A DNA stretch of 64,000 bases from Octopus sinensis (GCF_006345805.1 NC_043002.1:20150001-20214000), one strand, 5' to 3'; counted from the first letter of the stretch, positions 50,500-62,985 are shown. Notes: a model not told the origin generated them from the sequence alone. Made by a program: numbers and translations.

Positions 50500-52190
50500 A
50501 TGAGATTACCTTAGGATTCACATCCATAAAGGGCTTAGCTAAAGGACTCTCTAGTGGGTGGCCTCTCTAGATTATGGAAGAGGAAAGGACCCTATTACTC
50601 AATGTCAACAAAAGGGATTATCTTCCTTTGGCTATCGATCACCGATGTCAACAAAGGGGATTGTATCCCTTTAGCTATTGATTGCCGGTGATTCTGTTAT
50701 CCTATGGGTTCCAATAGACTTGCAGAAATTTCCCGAATCATAAGCACAGTCTGAAGACCTCTATTCTGGAGTTCAGGATGTTCCCTGAGTTGAAAGAATC
50801 CTTTAGGATCCTTGCCTGTTCTACTATGCATAATTTACAGCAATTGGTCCTGTTAATGTAAGGGCCTGGATTTTCTAGGATTCTCCATGATATTGTGTAT
50901 GGAATCCCATTGTCTATTAGCTGCCATACATGGCTGGCTAATGACATGACAAATCTCCTTTCTAGTATCCTGAAAGAGGATCTGTGGCTGGAGAGGCATC
51001 ATTTGAATGAGTTCTCAGAACAGCTGATGTATGTCTGTGACCGGGTGTTGGCAGTGGTGTGTCTGTTGGTTTTGCTGAAACTGGCGCTGTTGGTGTTAGC
51101 ATAATTGGAGGGGGTGATGGTGTTGGTGCTGCTGCTGCCAGTGTTGGTAAACATGCCATTGTTGTTATTATTGTCATTACCATTGATGAAGGCGCTGTCA
51201 TTGCTGTAGTAGGTGCCATTGGTGATGTCTCTGCTGCTATTTCCATTAGGGATACTGCTGTTGCTGTCATCACTGTTATTGTTGTTATCACTGGTGATGG
51301 TACTACTCCCACTGCTGCTATTGGAACTGTTGAGCCTGCTGCTGTAGCCATAGCCATTAGGGAAGCTACTGATGATGCTGCTGTTGTTATTAGGGTTACT
51401 GCTATTGCTGTCATTGATGTTGTTATTGTTGTTATCACTGGCGATGGTGCCGTTGGTTTTGTTCGTGTTTCTGCTGCTGCTACTATTGGTACTGATTCCC
51501 TGCTACTATTGTCACCATTAGGGGAGCTGCTGATGTTGCTGCTGCTCTTAGGGTCAGCCAGTACCTCAGCTTCATAGATGACTCCCTTGGTTTCACAGTG
51601 GCCCCTCACCGAGCATCTGTTGCAGTCTCTGCATGAACATCCTGCCTTCACTCATGGTATAGGGGTGCTAACTAGAATGCTCTTAATATTGAGGTCACAG
51701 CTAAAAGAGATCCTAAGGTTGTGCCCGTTGAAAATGCATGTGTATCTATGTGAACTAGTGAAATGTTTATCTATTAACTTAAGGAATATCCAACCTACAA
51801 ATGTTTTTACATAAAGAGAGAAGTGGGAGGGGGCAGACCAAATGATATTTCTGTGGTCCTTCCTTCTATGGATGTTGGGGCCTGGCATGTAGGAGATGTG
51901 GTCCCTAAATCCACTAACAGCTGCATCAGAAATTTTTTGGCTGGAAGAAAGATTCATGATCTTACTAACACCCTTCACGAGGATTTTGAATATGAAAGGT
52001 GGGTGTCAGGAGGTTGTGTTGATGTACATTAGCCTTGCGTTTGGCTTGCAGTAGGGTTTATATGTACCAGAGCCCAAGCCGAGCTTGATATCAAAGAAGT
52101 CTGTGGTAGTAAGGTTGGTCTCGATGGTGATTTTTAATCCCATGGAGACAAGATCTTTCCTAAACCACCATCACCACCTCCAATGACGCC
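50500..52190 (-). mobile_element. Penelope-like element, 5'-truncated (RT thumb + GIY-YIG) with low-complexity insert
   Basis: minus frames: GLKITIETNLTTTDFFDIKL...YKPYCKPN; RNIIWSAP...FLKLIDKHF; CSCRDC...C...C.TKGVIYEA; TYISCSENSFK; LASHVWQL...CKLCIVEQARI...LNSRIE. Confidence 0.9.
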
Positions 52191-52477
52191 AACAGCAGCA
52201 GACGTTTTCTTGTTAAGTGTGGGTGGGACACACACACACACATATATGTATGTGTGTGTGTATATATATATATGTATGTATGTATGTATGCATGTATGTA
52301 TATATAAGTGTATTTATAAATATATATATATATATAATATATGTATATATCATCATCATCATCATCATTTAAAGTCCTCTTTCCATGCTAGCATGGGTTG
52401 GATGATTTGATATATATATATACACATATGTAAATATATACATGTATATAAGTGAGTGTATGTATGCTTATTCCTTT

Positions 52478-52690
52478 ATTTGTTTCTGTCATTTGATTGT
52501 GGCCATGCTGGACCACTGCCTTTAGTCAAACAAATCAACCCCAGGACTCAATTTTTGTAAGCCTAGTACTTATTCTATCGGTCTCTTTTGCTGAACCGCT
52601 AAGTTACGGGGACATAAACATGCCAGCATCGGTTGTCAAGCGATGTTGTGGGGACAAACACACAAATACACACAAGCATATACATACACA

Positions 52691-52744
<54 letters not shown>

Positions 52745-52890
52745 CAGTGTGCTTCTTTCAGTTTCTGTCTACCAAATCCACTCACAAGGCTTTGGTCAGC
52801 CCAAGGCTATAGTAGAAGATACTTGCCCAAGGTGCCATGCAGTGGGACCCAGAACCATGTGGTTGGTATACAAGCTATTTACCACACAGT
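52478..52890 (-). mobile_element. SINE family 1 copy
   Basis: reverse complement of family consensus. Confidence 0.85.
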
Positions 52891-52914
52891 CACTCCTATG
52901 CTTGTATATATGTG

Positions 52915-52948
<34 letters not shown>

Positions 52949-52991
52949 GATGTGTGTGTTGATATATTTAATGATGATTATACATACATAC

Positions 52992-53063
<72 letters not shown>

Positions 53064-54504
53064 ACAAAGACAGCAAGGAGAAAGAAACGCACCCACACAC
53101 ACCCACAAACCCACAGATAGTGACCAACAAATAGTCAGACATAGAGAAAAAGAGAACATTCAAAAGGAACTGTTTAAATGATGTACCTTGTTGCTATGGA
53201 GAGTAAAAATAACAACAGTAGCATTAACAAAGAAACAAAAATTTTGTCATGCAGCGCGTACAGATCAATATGTGTATATGTGAAAATAATTGATGCAGAG
53301 ATGGATGGATATTGGTGTTGGTTGGATTGTGTGTATGAGCGTGGTGGTAGTGGGGTCAAATAAACAGAGAAAGAAGGAGAAAATTAGATAAATAACAGAT
53401 AGGTTGACAGCAGGAAACACAGAGGGACAAATACATAGACAGTCCAATTGTGTAAATGGTTGGACATTCCGCAGTGTTTACTTAATCTTCAAGCAGAACC
53501 AGTAGGATACTACTATATAACAGAAGCTGAACATTTGATAATAGATACAGTGATATATTGATTTCAAATTTTTGCACAAATTTTGTCCCACCACAAGCTG
53601 ATTACATCGACCCCATGCACAACAGGTACTAATTTTATCAACCCTGAAAGGAAGTAAGGCATAGTTGACTTGAGCAGAATTTGAACTAAGAACTTGGAGA
53701 TGGACTAAATATCATCAAGCATCTTGCCTGGTGTGCTAATGATTCTCCTGGGTTGTCAGCTCACATAGGGTGACCTGCTTCAGTCATGAATGACCATGAG
53801 ATTGTTCCTAGAAAGTTTCCCCCCAAGGCACAAGTCCGGGCTGGGTTGTTTATGGAAGACGAACAGTCACCCATGCATACTAGCCTTTCCTCTCCACACC
53901 ACCAATGTTATCCAAAGGGAAGGAAAAGGCTGATGTAGCTTGGCGCCAGTGATATCGCAACTCATTTCTACAGCTGAGTGAATTAGAGTGACATGAAATA
54001 AAATTTCTTGCTTAAAAACGCAACATGCAGCCCAGTCCAGGAATTGAACTTACAACCTCATGATTGTAAGCTTGACACTCTAACCACTAATCCATGTGCC
54101 TTCACTACACCTCACATAGATATTATAATATATTGCCATGCTGTACTGCCTTCTGTGTGATGCTATTTATCGTTTGTTTCTGTTGGTCTTTGTAGAATTT
54201 GTTGGGCAGTTGTGGGATTTCTTGCCAGTGCTGAATTTGCAGTAGCACATTTGATGTGGCAATCTGATGCTATTCATGCACTTGACATCACCTGTCCATC
54301 TGAGGTGATGTTTAATGAGCTGCAAGACATATATAAATAAATGTAAACACAAATGCATGGGTATGGCACAGGTATGACAGTGTGATTTAATGATGCTCTG
54401 AGCAAGTATCTCCTGCTATAGCCAAAGCCTTGTGAGTAGATATGGTAGATGTAAATGGGATAAAGCCTGTTGCACGCACACACATACACACACATAGATA
54501 GATG

Positions 54505-54568
<64 letters not shown>

Positions 54569-54601
54569 TACACACACATACATACTACATACATACATAC
54601 A

Positions 54602-54637
<36 letters not shown>

Positions 54638-55199
54638 TACACACATATATATATACAATGTGTATGTATGTGTGTGTTTGTGTCAGCATGTCATGACATG
54701 TGCTGTTTATAAACAAATGTCACTGTCATACAAGCTGTGTTATTTGTTTCCAATCTTCCATAGCAATACATTTGACCATTATGTTGTTTGCATTCAAAGG
54801 AGCAGAAGAAATATTAACCTTACATGGAAACAGGTGAGGGTCGGCAACACAAAGAACATATGGCCATAGAAAATCTGCCTCAAAGGTTTTTGTCAGACCC
54901 CCAAGCAAGCATGGTAAAGTGAACATTTAAAAGATGGTAGTGGTGATAGGAGTAATGATAGTGGTGATGGTGGTGGTGGTGGTGGACACAGACACATACA
55001 CACCTACACATATGATGTGATTCTGTGCAACTTCAATCAACCAAATTTCACTCACATGATATCAATCAACCCAAGGCTACTGTAGAAAACATTGACACAT
55101 ATCCAAGGTGTCATGCAGGATAACACAACTTGAAACCCTATGGTTGCAGAGCAAGCTTCTTAATCACACAGCCATATCAGTCCAAGAAGTTCAACCGAT

Positions 55200-55419
55200 T
55201 ACTCTTTTACTCTTTTACTTGTTTTAGTCATTTGACTGTGGCCATGCTGGAGCACCACCTTTAGTCGAGCGAATCGACCCCAGGACTTATTCTTTGTAAG
55301 CCTAGTACTTATTCTATTGGTCTCTTTTGCCGTTAAGTTACGAGGACATAAACACACCAGCGTCGGTTGTCAAGCGATGTTGGGGGGACAAACATGGACA
55401 CACAAACACACACACATAC

Positions 55420-55468
<49 letters not shown>

Positions 55469-55622
55469 ACATATATACGACAGGCTTCTTTCAGTTTCCA
55501 TCCACCAAATCTACTCACAAGGCTTTGGTCGGCCCGATGCTATAGTAGAAGACACTTGCCCAAGGACTGAACCCGGAACGATGTGGTTGGTAAGCAAGCT
55601 ACTTACCACACAGCCACTCCTG
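55200..55622 (-). mobile_element. SINE family 1 copy
   Basis: reverse complement of family consensus. Confidence 0.85.
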
Positions 55623-56084
55623 CGATTGTTCTTATTGGTGTTACTTCTTTTGCTTATTGTTTTTTTAAACTTATTGTTTATTTAAACACCCCTAGAGATA
55701 ATTTTTGTTTCAACTTATTTTGTAATCTCAACTGATCTTGGTTTTTCATTTCATTACATTTTTTATATCTTTGAGACACTACAGAACACATCCTTGAGCG
55801 AGTTCCTTCATATTGTTATTTCCCATTGTTTTGATATTCATAATTAGTATCACATCTCTCTACTTCTGTGTAGCTATATGCATGATTGTGTAGTTAAGGA
55901 GCTGGCTTTGCAACCACATGGTTCTATACTCAGTCCCTCTGCCCAGCACCTTGGGCAAGAGTCTTCTATGACAAACCTAAACTGGCCAATGTCTTTTGGG
56001 TGAATTTGATAGATGGAAACTGTGTGGAAGCCTGTCATATATATATATAAATACACAAAAATATATCTATATCTATCACTCTAC

Positions 56085-56148
<64 letters not shown>

Positions 56149-56209
56149 TTGTTGATCGATAGCTAGATAGATAGATAGATAGATATCTGCCTGTCTAGCC
56201 AGTGGGGTG

Positions 56210-56559
56210 GTATCCACTGCATGGCACCTTGGGCATGTGTCTTCTCATGTAGCCTCAGGCCAACCAAAGCCTTGTGAGTGGATTTGGTAGATGGAAACTG
56301 AAAGAAACCTGTTGTATATGTATATGTATGTATATTTATGTGTGTGCTTCTTCATGTTTGTGTTTGTCCCCACCACCATTGCTTGGCAACTGATGTTGGT
56401 GTGTCCACATCTCCGTAACTTAGTGGTTCAGCAAAAGAAACTGGCAGAATAAGTACTCGGCTTACAAAGAATAAGTCCTGGGGTTGATTCCTTTGACTAA
56501 AACCCTTCGACATGATGCTCCACCATGGCCACAGTCAAATTACTGAAACAAGTAAAAGA

Positions 56560-56562
<3 letters not shown>
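56210..56562 (+). mobile_element. SINE family 1 copy (5'-truncated)
   Basis: matches consensus from CCACTGCATGGCACC onward. Confidence 0.8.
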
Positions 56563-56590
<28 letters not shown>

Positions 56591-56900
56591 CTTTATTTAA
56601 AGCAGCAGAAAATTCAAGTGTTTACTCCGGTATATATATATATAAATGTTTTAATAATAATAATAATATTAGGGAATAAATTATTATTTTAACCTTACAG
56701 GTAAAATTCAGTATAATAATATAAGACTGAATTTCGTAATAGTGACTGCTTTTGTGAGTAAAATCATTTTTCCATTCTAATGAACTTGGATATGGTTTTC
56801 TTATATGATTTTATATAGTCCTAATTCAGCCATGAAACGCGCGTAGTTGATGTACAAGTACTTACTTTTATACATTTTATTATTGTTTTTCTTTTTTTTT

Positions 56901-57107
56901 TTTACTTGTTTTAGTCATTTGACTGCGGCCATGCTGGAGCACCGCCCTTTAGTCGAGTAAATCGACCCAAGGACTTATTCTTTTTAAGCCTAGTACTTAT
57001 TCTATCAGTCTCTTTTGCTGAACTGCTAAGTTACGGGAATGTAAACACACCAGCATCAGTTGTCAAGCGATGGTGGGGGACAAACACAGACACACAAACA
57101 TATACAC

Positions 57108-57148
<41 letters not shown>

Positions 57149-57167
57149 TATATATATATTATATATA

Positions 57168-57251
<84 letters not shown>

Positions 57252-57413
57252 GACGGGCTTCTTTCAGTTTCCGTCTACCAAATCCACTCACAAGGCTTTG
57301 GTCGGCCTGAGGCTATAGTAGAAGACACTTGCCCAAGGTGCCATGTAGTGGGAGTGAACCCAGAACCATGTGGTTGGTAAATAAGCTACTTATCACACAG
57401 TCACTCCTGCGCC
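56901..57413 (-). mobile_element. SINE family 1 copy with expanded (TA)n
   Basis: reverse complement of consensus. Confidence 0.85.
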
Positions 57414-57697
57414 TTTGTATTAATTTTTATTGTTCAAGTTAAACTTTATTTGATTTTATATTAATATTTTTATTATGAATGTTTCCTTGTATGGTATTCG
57501 CTGTGATTTTAAAAGTATTTGCTCTTATATATTATATGATTGTAATAATCTTACTGTTCAATATTATATATTATTAAGATTTTAGGTTAGTATTTTGTCT
57601 GGTATATGTCTCACAGCATGGTTTTGGATGGGTTCTTCATTAACTGAGTTGTGGAATGGTGGTTCGTCACTAAATTTGTTATATAAATGTTTTAAAT

Positions 57698-58100
57698 AGG
57701 CGCAGGAGTGGCTGTGTGGTAAATAGCTTGTTTACCAACCACATTTTCTGGGTTCAGTCCCACTGCATGGCACCTTGGGCAAGTGTCTTCTACTATAGCC
57801 TCTGGCCTACCAAAGCCTTGTGAGTGGATTTGGTAGACGGAAACTGAAAGAAGCCCATCGTATATATGTATATGTATGCGTGTGTGTGTTTGTGTGTCTG
57901 TGTTTGTCCCCCTAGCATTGCTTGACAACCGATGCTGGTGTGTTTATGTCCCCGTTACTTAGTGGTTCGGCAAAAGAGACCGATAGAATAAGTACTGGGC
58001 TTACAATAGAATAAGTCCCGGGGTCGAGTTGCTCGATTAAAGGCGGTGCTCCAGCATGGCCGCAGTCAAATGACTGAAACAAGTAAAAGAGTAAAAGAGT
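57698..58100 (+). mobile_element. SINE family 1 copy
   Basis: full head AGGCGCAGGAGTGGCTGTGTGG to AGTAAAAGAG tail. Confidence 0.88.
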
Positions 58101-58177
58101 AAATATCTTTTTAAAGCCAAAACAATGTAAGTTAAAAATTTAAATCTACAGGTCGATGGTTAGTACTATTATTTAGC

Positions 58178-58217
58178 ATTTCAATATTTCTGAGTCTGGA
58201 CCCTTTCTTCAGGAAAT
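58178..58217 (-). ncRNA. Degenerate minimal hammerhead motif
   Basis: minus: ATTTC-CTGAAGA-AA-GGGTC(CA)GACTC-A-GAAAT-ATT-GAAAT; 5-bp stem I. Confidence 0.4.
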
Positions 58218-58930
58218 TTACAGAGAAAAGGTGTTGGCAGCTGATTTCTCTACTCTGTGTGTGTGTGTGTGTGTTTTTGAAGGGTTGTTTTGCGTTGCTA
58301 TAGTAGCCAATCAGCTGTATGTAGGCTTGATATGTTGTTTATTCACAAGCTGTACTTGTTAATTAATGGCAATTTAATTAACAAGTACAGCCCACAAATA
58401 AATAACATCAGATCTGAAAGCAGCCAAAGATAGACAGATGGAAAGACAGACAAATAGATGGACAAGCAAAATTGACAAACAGACAGATGAAGAGGGAAAT
58501 AGACAGGGGGAAAGACTGTGACAGATGAATAGAGAGACAGATATGGGAATAAATAGACAGATAAGTTGTTGAACACATAGACAAGAATAGACAAACAGGT
58601 GGACAGATAGACCAGCAGGCAGAGGGACAAACAAGTGGACAGCTGGACAAAGTCAAATAGACAGACAGATAAATTATTATACAACTGCAGAGACAGATAG
58701 ACCAACAGGTGGACAAATGGACAAATGAACAGAAACAGATGGACAAATTGTTAACAGTTAGATGAGAAGAAATATGGACAGACAGATAAAATGCCAGCCA
58801 TACAGACAGACAGACAGGAGGAGGATTAATTTAACCAACAAAGTAATTCATCTTTGTTTTTGTTGTTGTTTATTTCATTTTATGTTCTTTATCATTCTTT
58901 TTTCTTTTTTGCTTCTTTCTCATTATTCAG

Positions 58931-59070
58931 TTGAGAATCATAAACGGATGAAGAAACAGCAACAGAAGAAAGAAAAGATGAAATCAGAGCTACACATCAT
59001 TGGTGACAAGCCTAATACAAAGGTCTATACAAAGAACAAGACAAATGGAAATTCTTTAGTGAAGTACTGA
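58931..59070 (+). CDS. STUM: stum/SPEC3-family protein, probable last coding exon (basic C-terminal tail)
   Basis: long polypyrimidine tract + CAG (58928-58930), phase-1 compatible, open to TGA: IENHKRMKKQQQKKEKMKSELHIIGDKPNTKVYTKNKTNGNSLVKY*; no homology support by eye. Confidence 0.7.
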
Positions 59071-59226
59071 GAGACACCTGTGCAATATGAAGGGATAAAA
59101 ATATAGAATAGAATTGTCTTTGATGAAGATATACAGTGAAGAATAAAAGGATTTAGAATAAATTATGGATTATAAATAACTTTTTTTTTAGCAGTAATAA
59201 TAATTGTTAATAAGGTTATTATAATT

Positions 59227-59278
<52 letters not shown>

Positions 59279-59281
59279 GTG

Positions 59282-59500
59282 TGGAGGCGCGTGGCTTAGT
59301 GGTTAGGGCGTCAGCATCATGATCGTAAGATTGTGGTTCTTGAGCAAAACACTTCATTTCACGTTGCTCCAGTCCACTCAGCTGGCAAAAATGAGTAACG
59401 CTGCGATGGACTGGCGTCCCGTCCAGCTGGGGAACACATACGCCATAGAAACCGAGAAACCAGGCCCATGAGCCTGGCTAGGCTTTAAAAGGGCACATTT
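59282..59500 (+). mobile_element. tRNA-derived SINE family 2, internally deleted, inside (CTA)n
   Basis: GGAGGCGCGTGGCTTAGTGGTTAGGG head; CTTGAGCAAAACACTTCATTTCACGTTGCTCCAGTCCACTCAGCTG body also seen on minus near 46740-46860 and 53960-54110. Confidence 0.75.
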
Positions 59501-59885
59501 ATTTATTTTTATTTTTACTACTACTTCTACTACTACTACTACTACTTCTACTACTACTACACTACTACTACTACTATATTTTACTTCTCAGAGCTCTTAG
59601 TCTTACTTGCTTTAGTTGATTCTGTGAGAGTGGGCAGCAACCTGTTATCTGAGGTCTCACAGGGTTTCTCTCCCCCGATTATAAACTTGGTACTTGGATG
59701 TTAAGTATCATGGAAGACACTCGACACTCAATCACCAATCTCAAAATCCTTGTTGTCCCTAATAGATCAGTTTTTTTGGCCTGCTCTGCCTTCATGTCAA
59801 TTACTATCTCTCCGACATTTTTTCTCAAATTTGGTTGCTAGTTCTCTGAGTGCCCTTACAACTACTGAGATAACAGTTACTCTCC

Positions 59886-59919
<34 letters not shown>

Positions 59920-59944
59920 TCTATTATTATCATAATTATATATA

Positions 59945-60690
59945 AGAAGCATCGGATGTGGCATGCAAGAGAGACGTTTGCACTGGTATGGTCATGTACT
60001 ACAGATGGATGGGGAGAGATGTGTGAAGAAGTGCCACTCCCAAACAGTTGAAGGAATCCGGAGTAGAGGGTGACCCAAGAAGACATGGGATGAATGTTGG
60101 GCCTCAAAGAGGCAATGACAAAAGACTGAGACCTCTGGAGATATGCTGTGACTGCGAAGACCCGACAAATAAAGTGAGTTCGTGGCTGTATCCTACACCA
60201 GCTTCACACAACCAGCCCCAGCCCATTCAAGGACCTTAGATTGCAGGACAGCTAGCGATGCTTACCTTGGATTGTGGGGTGATCTGCTGTGCTTGAGGAG
60301 ATCTAGTGAGTCAAGTACATCAACATCATAATAAAAATCAAATGGAATTGTAGTTGTGATACCCATGCCGGCGGCATGTAAAAAGCACCATTCAAATATG
60401 GCCGATGCCAGCGCTGCCTTGACTGGGTTCTGTGCCAGTGGCACATAAAAAGCACCAACCAATCATGGCCATTGCCAGCCTCCTCTGGCACGTAAAAAGC
60501 ACCCACTACACTCACGGAGTGGTTGGCGTTAGGAAAGGCATCCAGCTGTAGAAACACTGCCAGATCAGACTGGAGCCTGGTGCAGCCTCCTGGCTTCCCA
60601 GACCCTCGTCGAACCATCCAACTCATGCTAGCATGGAAAACGGACGTTAAACGATGATGATGATTGATGATGATGATGATAATAATGATG
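59945..60690 (+). mobile_element. RTE LINE 3' end (ORF C-terminus, 3' UTR, GAT tail)
   Basis: collinear with 44700-44965 and 45420-46025. Confidence 0.88.
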
Positions 60691-61350
60691 AAGATGATGA
60701 TAGTGGGGTTCTTTTGTGAGTGTTGAGAATAATGAGGTATTGTAAAAGTTATCCTATGTGTTACAACAGTGGTATAATTGAGGATAACAGAGTTACTTGG
60801 AAATAATACAGTGAAGTGGAGCAGGATCTTGAATAAATTGTGGAACTGATTATTAATAATAGGCTTATTAATGGAAAAAGAGCAGGGAAGCACTAAAATA
60901 TATGCTCATACCACAGGTATAAGTGGGGATAATAGAATTATCTAGATATGAGGGTGGAAAAAGTTAATTTGTAGGGATTAACAAAAATGAAGTTAAATCA
61001 AGAATTTGATTGTTGACTGGGGTGGGATGAGGCTGAGAAGAATGTGGAGTGGGGTGGGACATGCTACTAGAAAATAATTTCCAGTACCAGTGCTATAAGT
61101 GGGTAGATAGTATTTTCTAGGTTTAAGGGAAACAAGAAACAGGATATGAAACCCTGTTAATCTGCAGAGAACGTTTTAAATCCTACATGTTCAGAAAATA
61201 CTATATTCCATTTACATCACTTGTACTGGAAATTGAAATTTAAATAAATCAAACAACATATTGAAAATCATTTCTCTCATAGATGTTTCTTTCTTTTTGT
61301 TGTTTATGTTTCATTTTCAGCTTTTCAACTTTGATAGGTTTTTTTATAAC

Positions 61351-61351
<1 letters not shown>

Positions 61352-61415
<64 letters not shown>

Positions 61416-61686
61416 CGGGTAAGTATTCATATATATAATTTTATTGGGGATATATCACCTTGGTGTTTACCATATTAAGCTCATCCATGGATACAGGCCA
61501 TCAGCCCAAACTGCGAACTGGAAATCAATTGTATTACCAAACAGATATCTAAAACTCCATAGATATCTATAGAGATTTTATAATGACAAATAAAGAATGG
61601 AGTGAGCAAATCATTTCACCACTTCAATTTGCAATGCAATCAATCTTGCAGCATTATATAATAATTTATGTAACTATTGATAACAC

Positions 61687-61734
<48 letters not shown>

Positions 61735-62026
61735 GTGTGTGTGTGTGTGTTCGCGTAAGTATTCATATATATAATTTTATTGGGGATATATCACCTTGGT
61801 GTTTACCATATTAAGCTCATCCATGGATACAGGCCATCAGCCCAAACTGCGAACTGGAAATCAATTGTATTACCAAACAGATATCTAAAACTCCATAGAT
61901 ATCTATAGAGATTTTATAATGACAAATAGAGAATGGAGTGAGCAAATCATTTCACCACTTCAATTTGCAATGCAATCAATCTTGCAGCATTATATAATAA
62001 TTTATGCAACTATTGATAACACTTTA
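61352..62026. repeat. Near-identical tandem duplication, 336-bp period, each unit starting with (GT)n
   Basis: AAGTATTCAT at 61421 and 61757; unique parts differ by only a few bases. Confidence 0.9.
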
Positions 62027-62027
62027 T

Positions 62028-62375
62028 GGGCTGTTCAGGGTAACCTTAATAAAAGATTCTTCAGTAGTATATACAAAAGAGTATGCTGAGAGACCTTAGA
62101 AAGCACCAATTATATTCACACTGAGTTGGGTATGTTCACATGAACACGTTTGCATAACGCAAACAAATGTGTGTAAGGAATTGAATTGGTCCAGGAAAAT
62201 ACTTAATTCCGTTTCTTACACTCATTTGTTTATGGTATGTAAATGTGCTCATATTGACAAGCCCAACTCTGTATGTATGTATTTGGTGTTTTTTGAGGTC
62301 TCTCAGCATACTATTTTGCCCACATTTCTGAAGAATCTTATTCAGCATGTGTTATTAAGATTGCCATAAATAGCA
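62028..62375. mobile_element. Imperfect foldback / MITE-like palindrome
   Basis: several nested inverted blocks around an axis near 62195. Confidence 0.65.
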
Positions 62376-62772
62376 CATGGAATGTAATCAATAGCTGCAT
62401 AAATTATTGTATAATGTTGGAAGATAGATTGCATTGAACTAAGATAAAACAACTGTAAATTGAAGTAGTAAAATGATTTCCTTGCTCCATTCTTTATTTG
62501 TCATCATGTATGTGTGTGTGTGTGTGTTTGTCCAGTGTTTGCAACTGAGGTAATTAAAATAACCATCTATGTATTAAACTTAATGTATACACACTGTTAA
62601 TAAGCCAGTTATTGTAGTATTTGTCCTGAGATAACAACCCTATAATATTGTATTTTTAACACCGCAAGCCTATAAAAGACATTTTCTCAGGAGAAATACT
62701 GTAGTAACTGACCTACACTACATAGATATTATATATATCAGGATGGGAAATGAGCATGAAAGGATGATTCTT

Positions 62773-62985
62773 TTATTCTTTCATTCTTTTACTCATTTCA
62801 GTCATTTGACAGCGGCCATGCTGGAGCACCGCCTTTTAGCCGAGCAAATCGACCCCAAGACTAAGTCTTTGTAAGCCTAGTACTTATTCTATCGGTCTCT
62901 TTTGCTGAACCGCTAAGTTACGGGGACGGAAACACACCAGCATCAGTTGTCAAGCGATGTTGGGGGGACAAACACAGACACACAA

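Noticed and set aside
50460-50740. Hammerhead in the 3' region of the second Penelope element
   Set aside because: No CUGANGA...GAAA on the element strand; only a short ~45-bp-spaced duplication (ATGTCAACAAA.GGGATT).
51059-51577. 172-aa hydrophobic V/I/A/G-rich ORF on + (looks like a membrane or adhesin protein)
   Set aside because: It is the codon-aligned antisense of the Asn/Ser-rich Penelope insert.
50962-51651. 229-aa Thr/Ala/Pro mucin-like ORF on minus
   Set aside because: After about residue 52 it is the out-of-frame reading of the Penelope insert; the other frame connects to the YIG motif.
22716-62026. CRISPR-like repeat-spacer arrays
   Set aside because: The tandem repeats have no unique spacers, and the context is eukaryotic with no cas genes.
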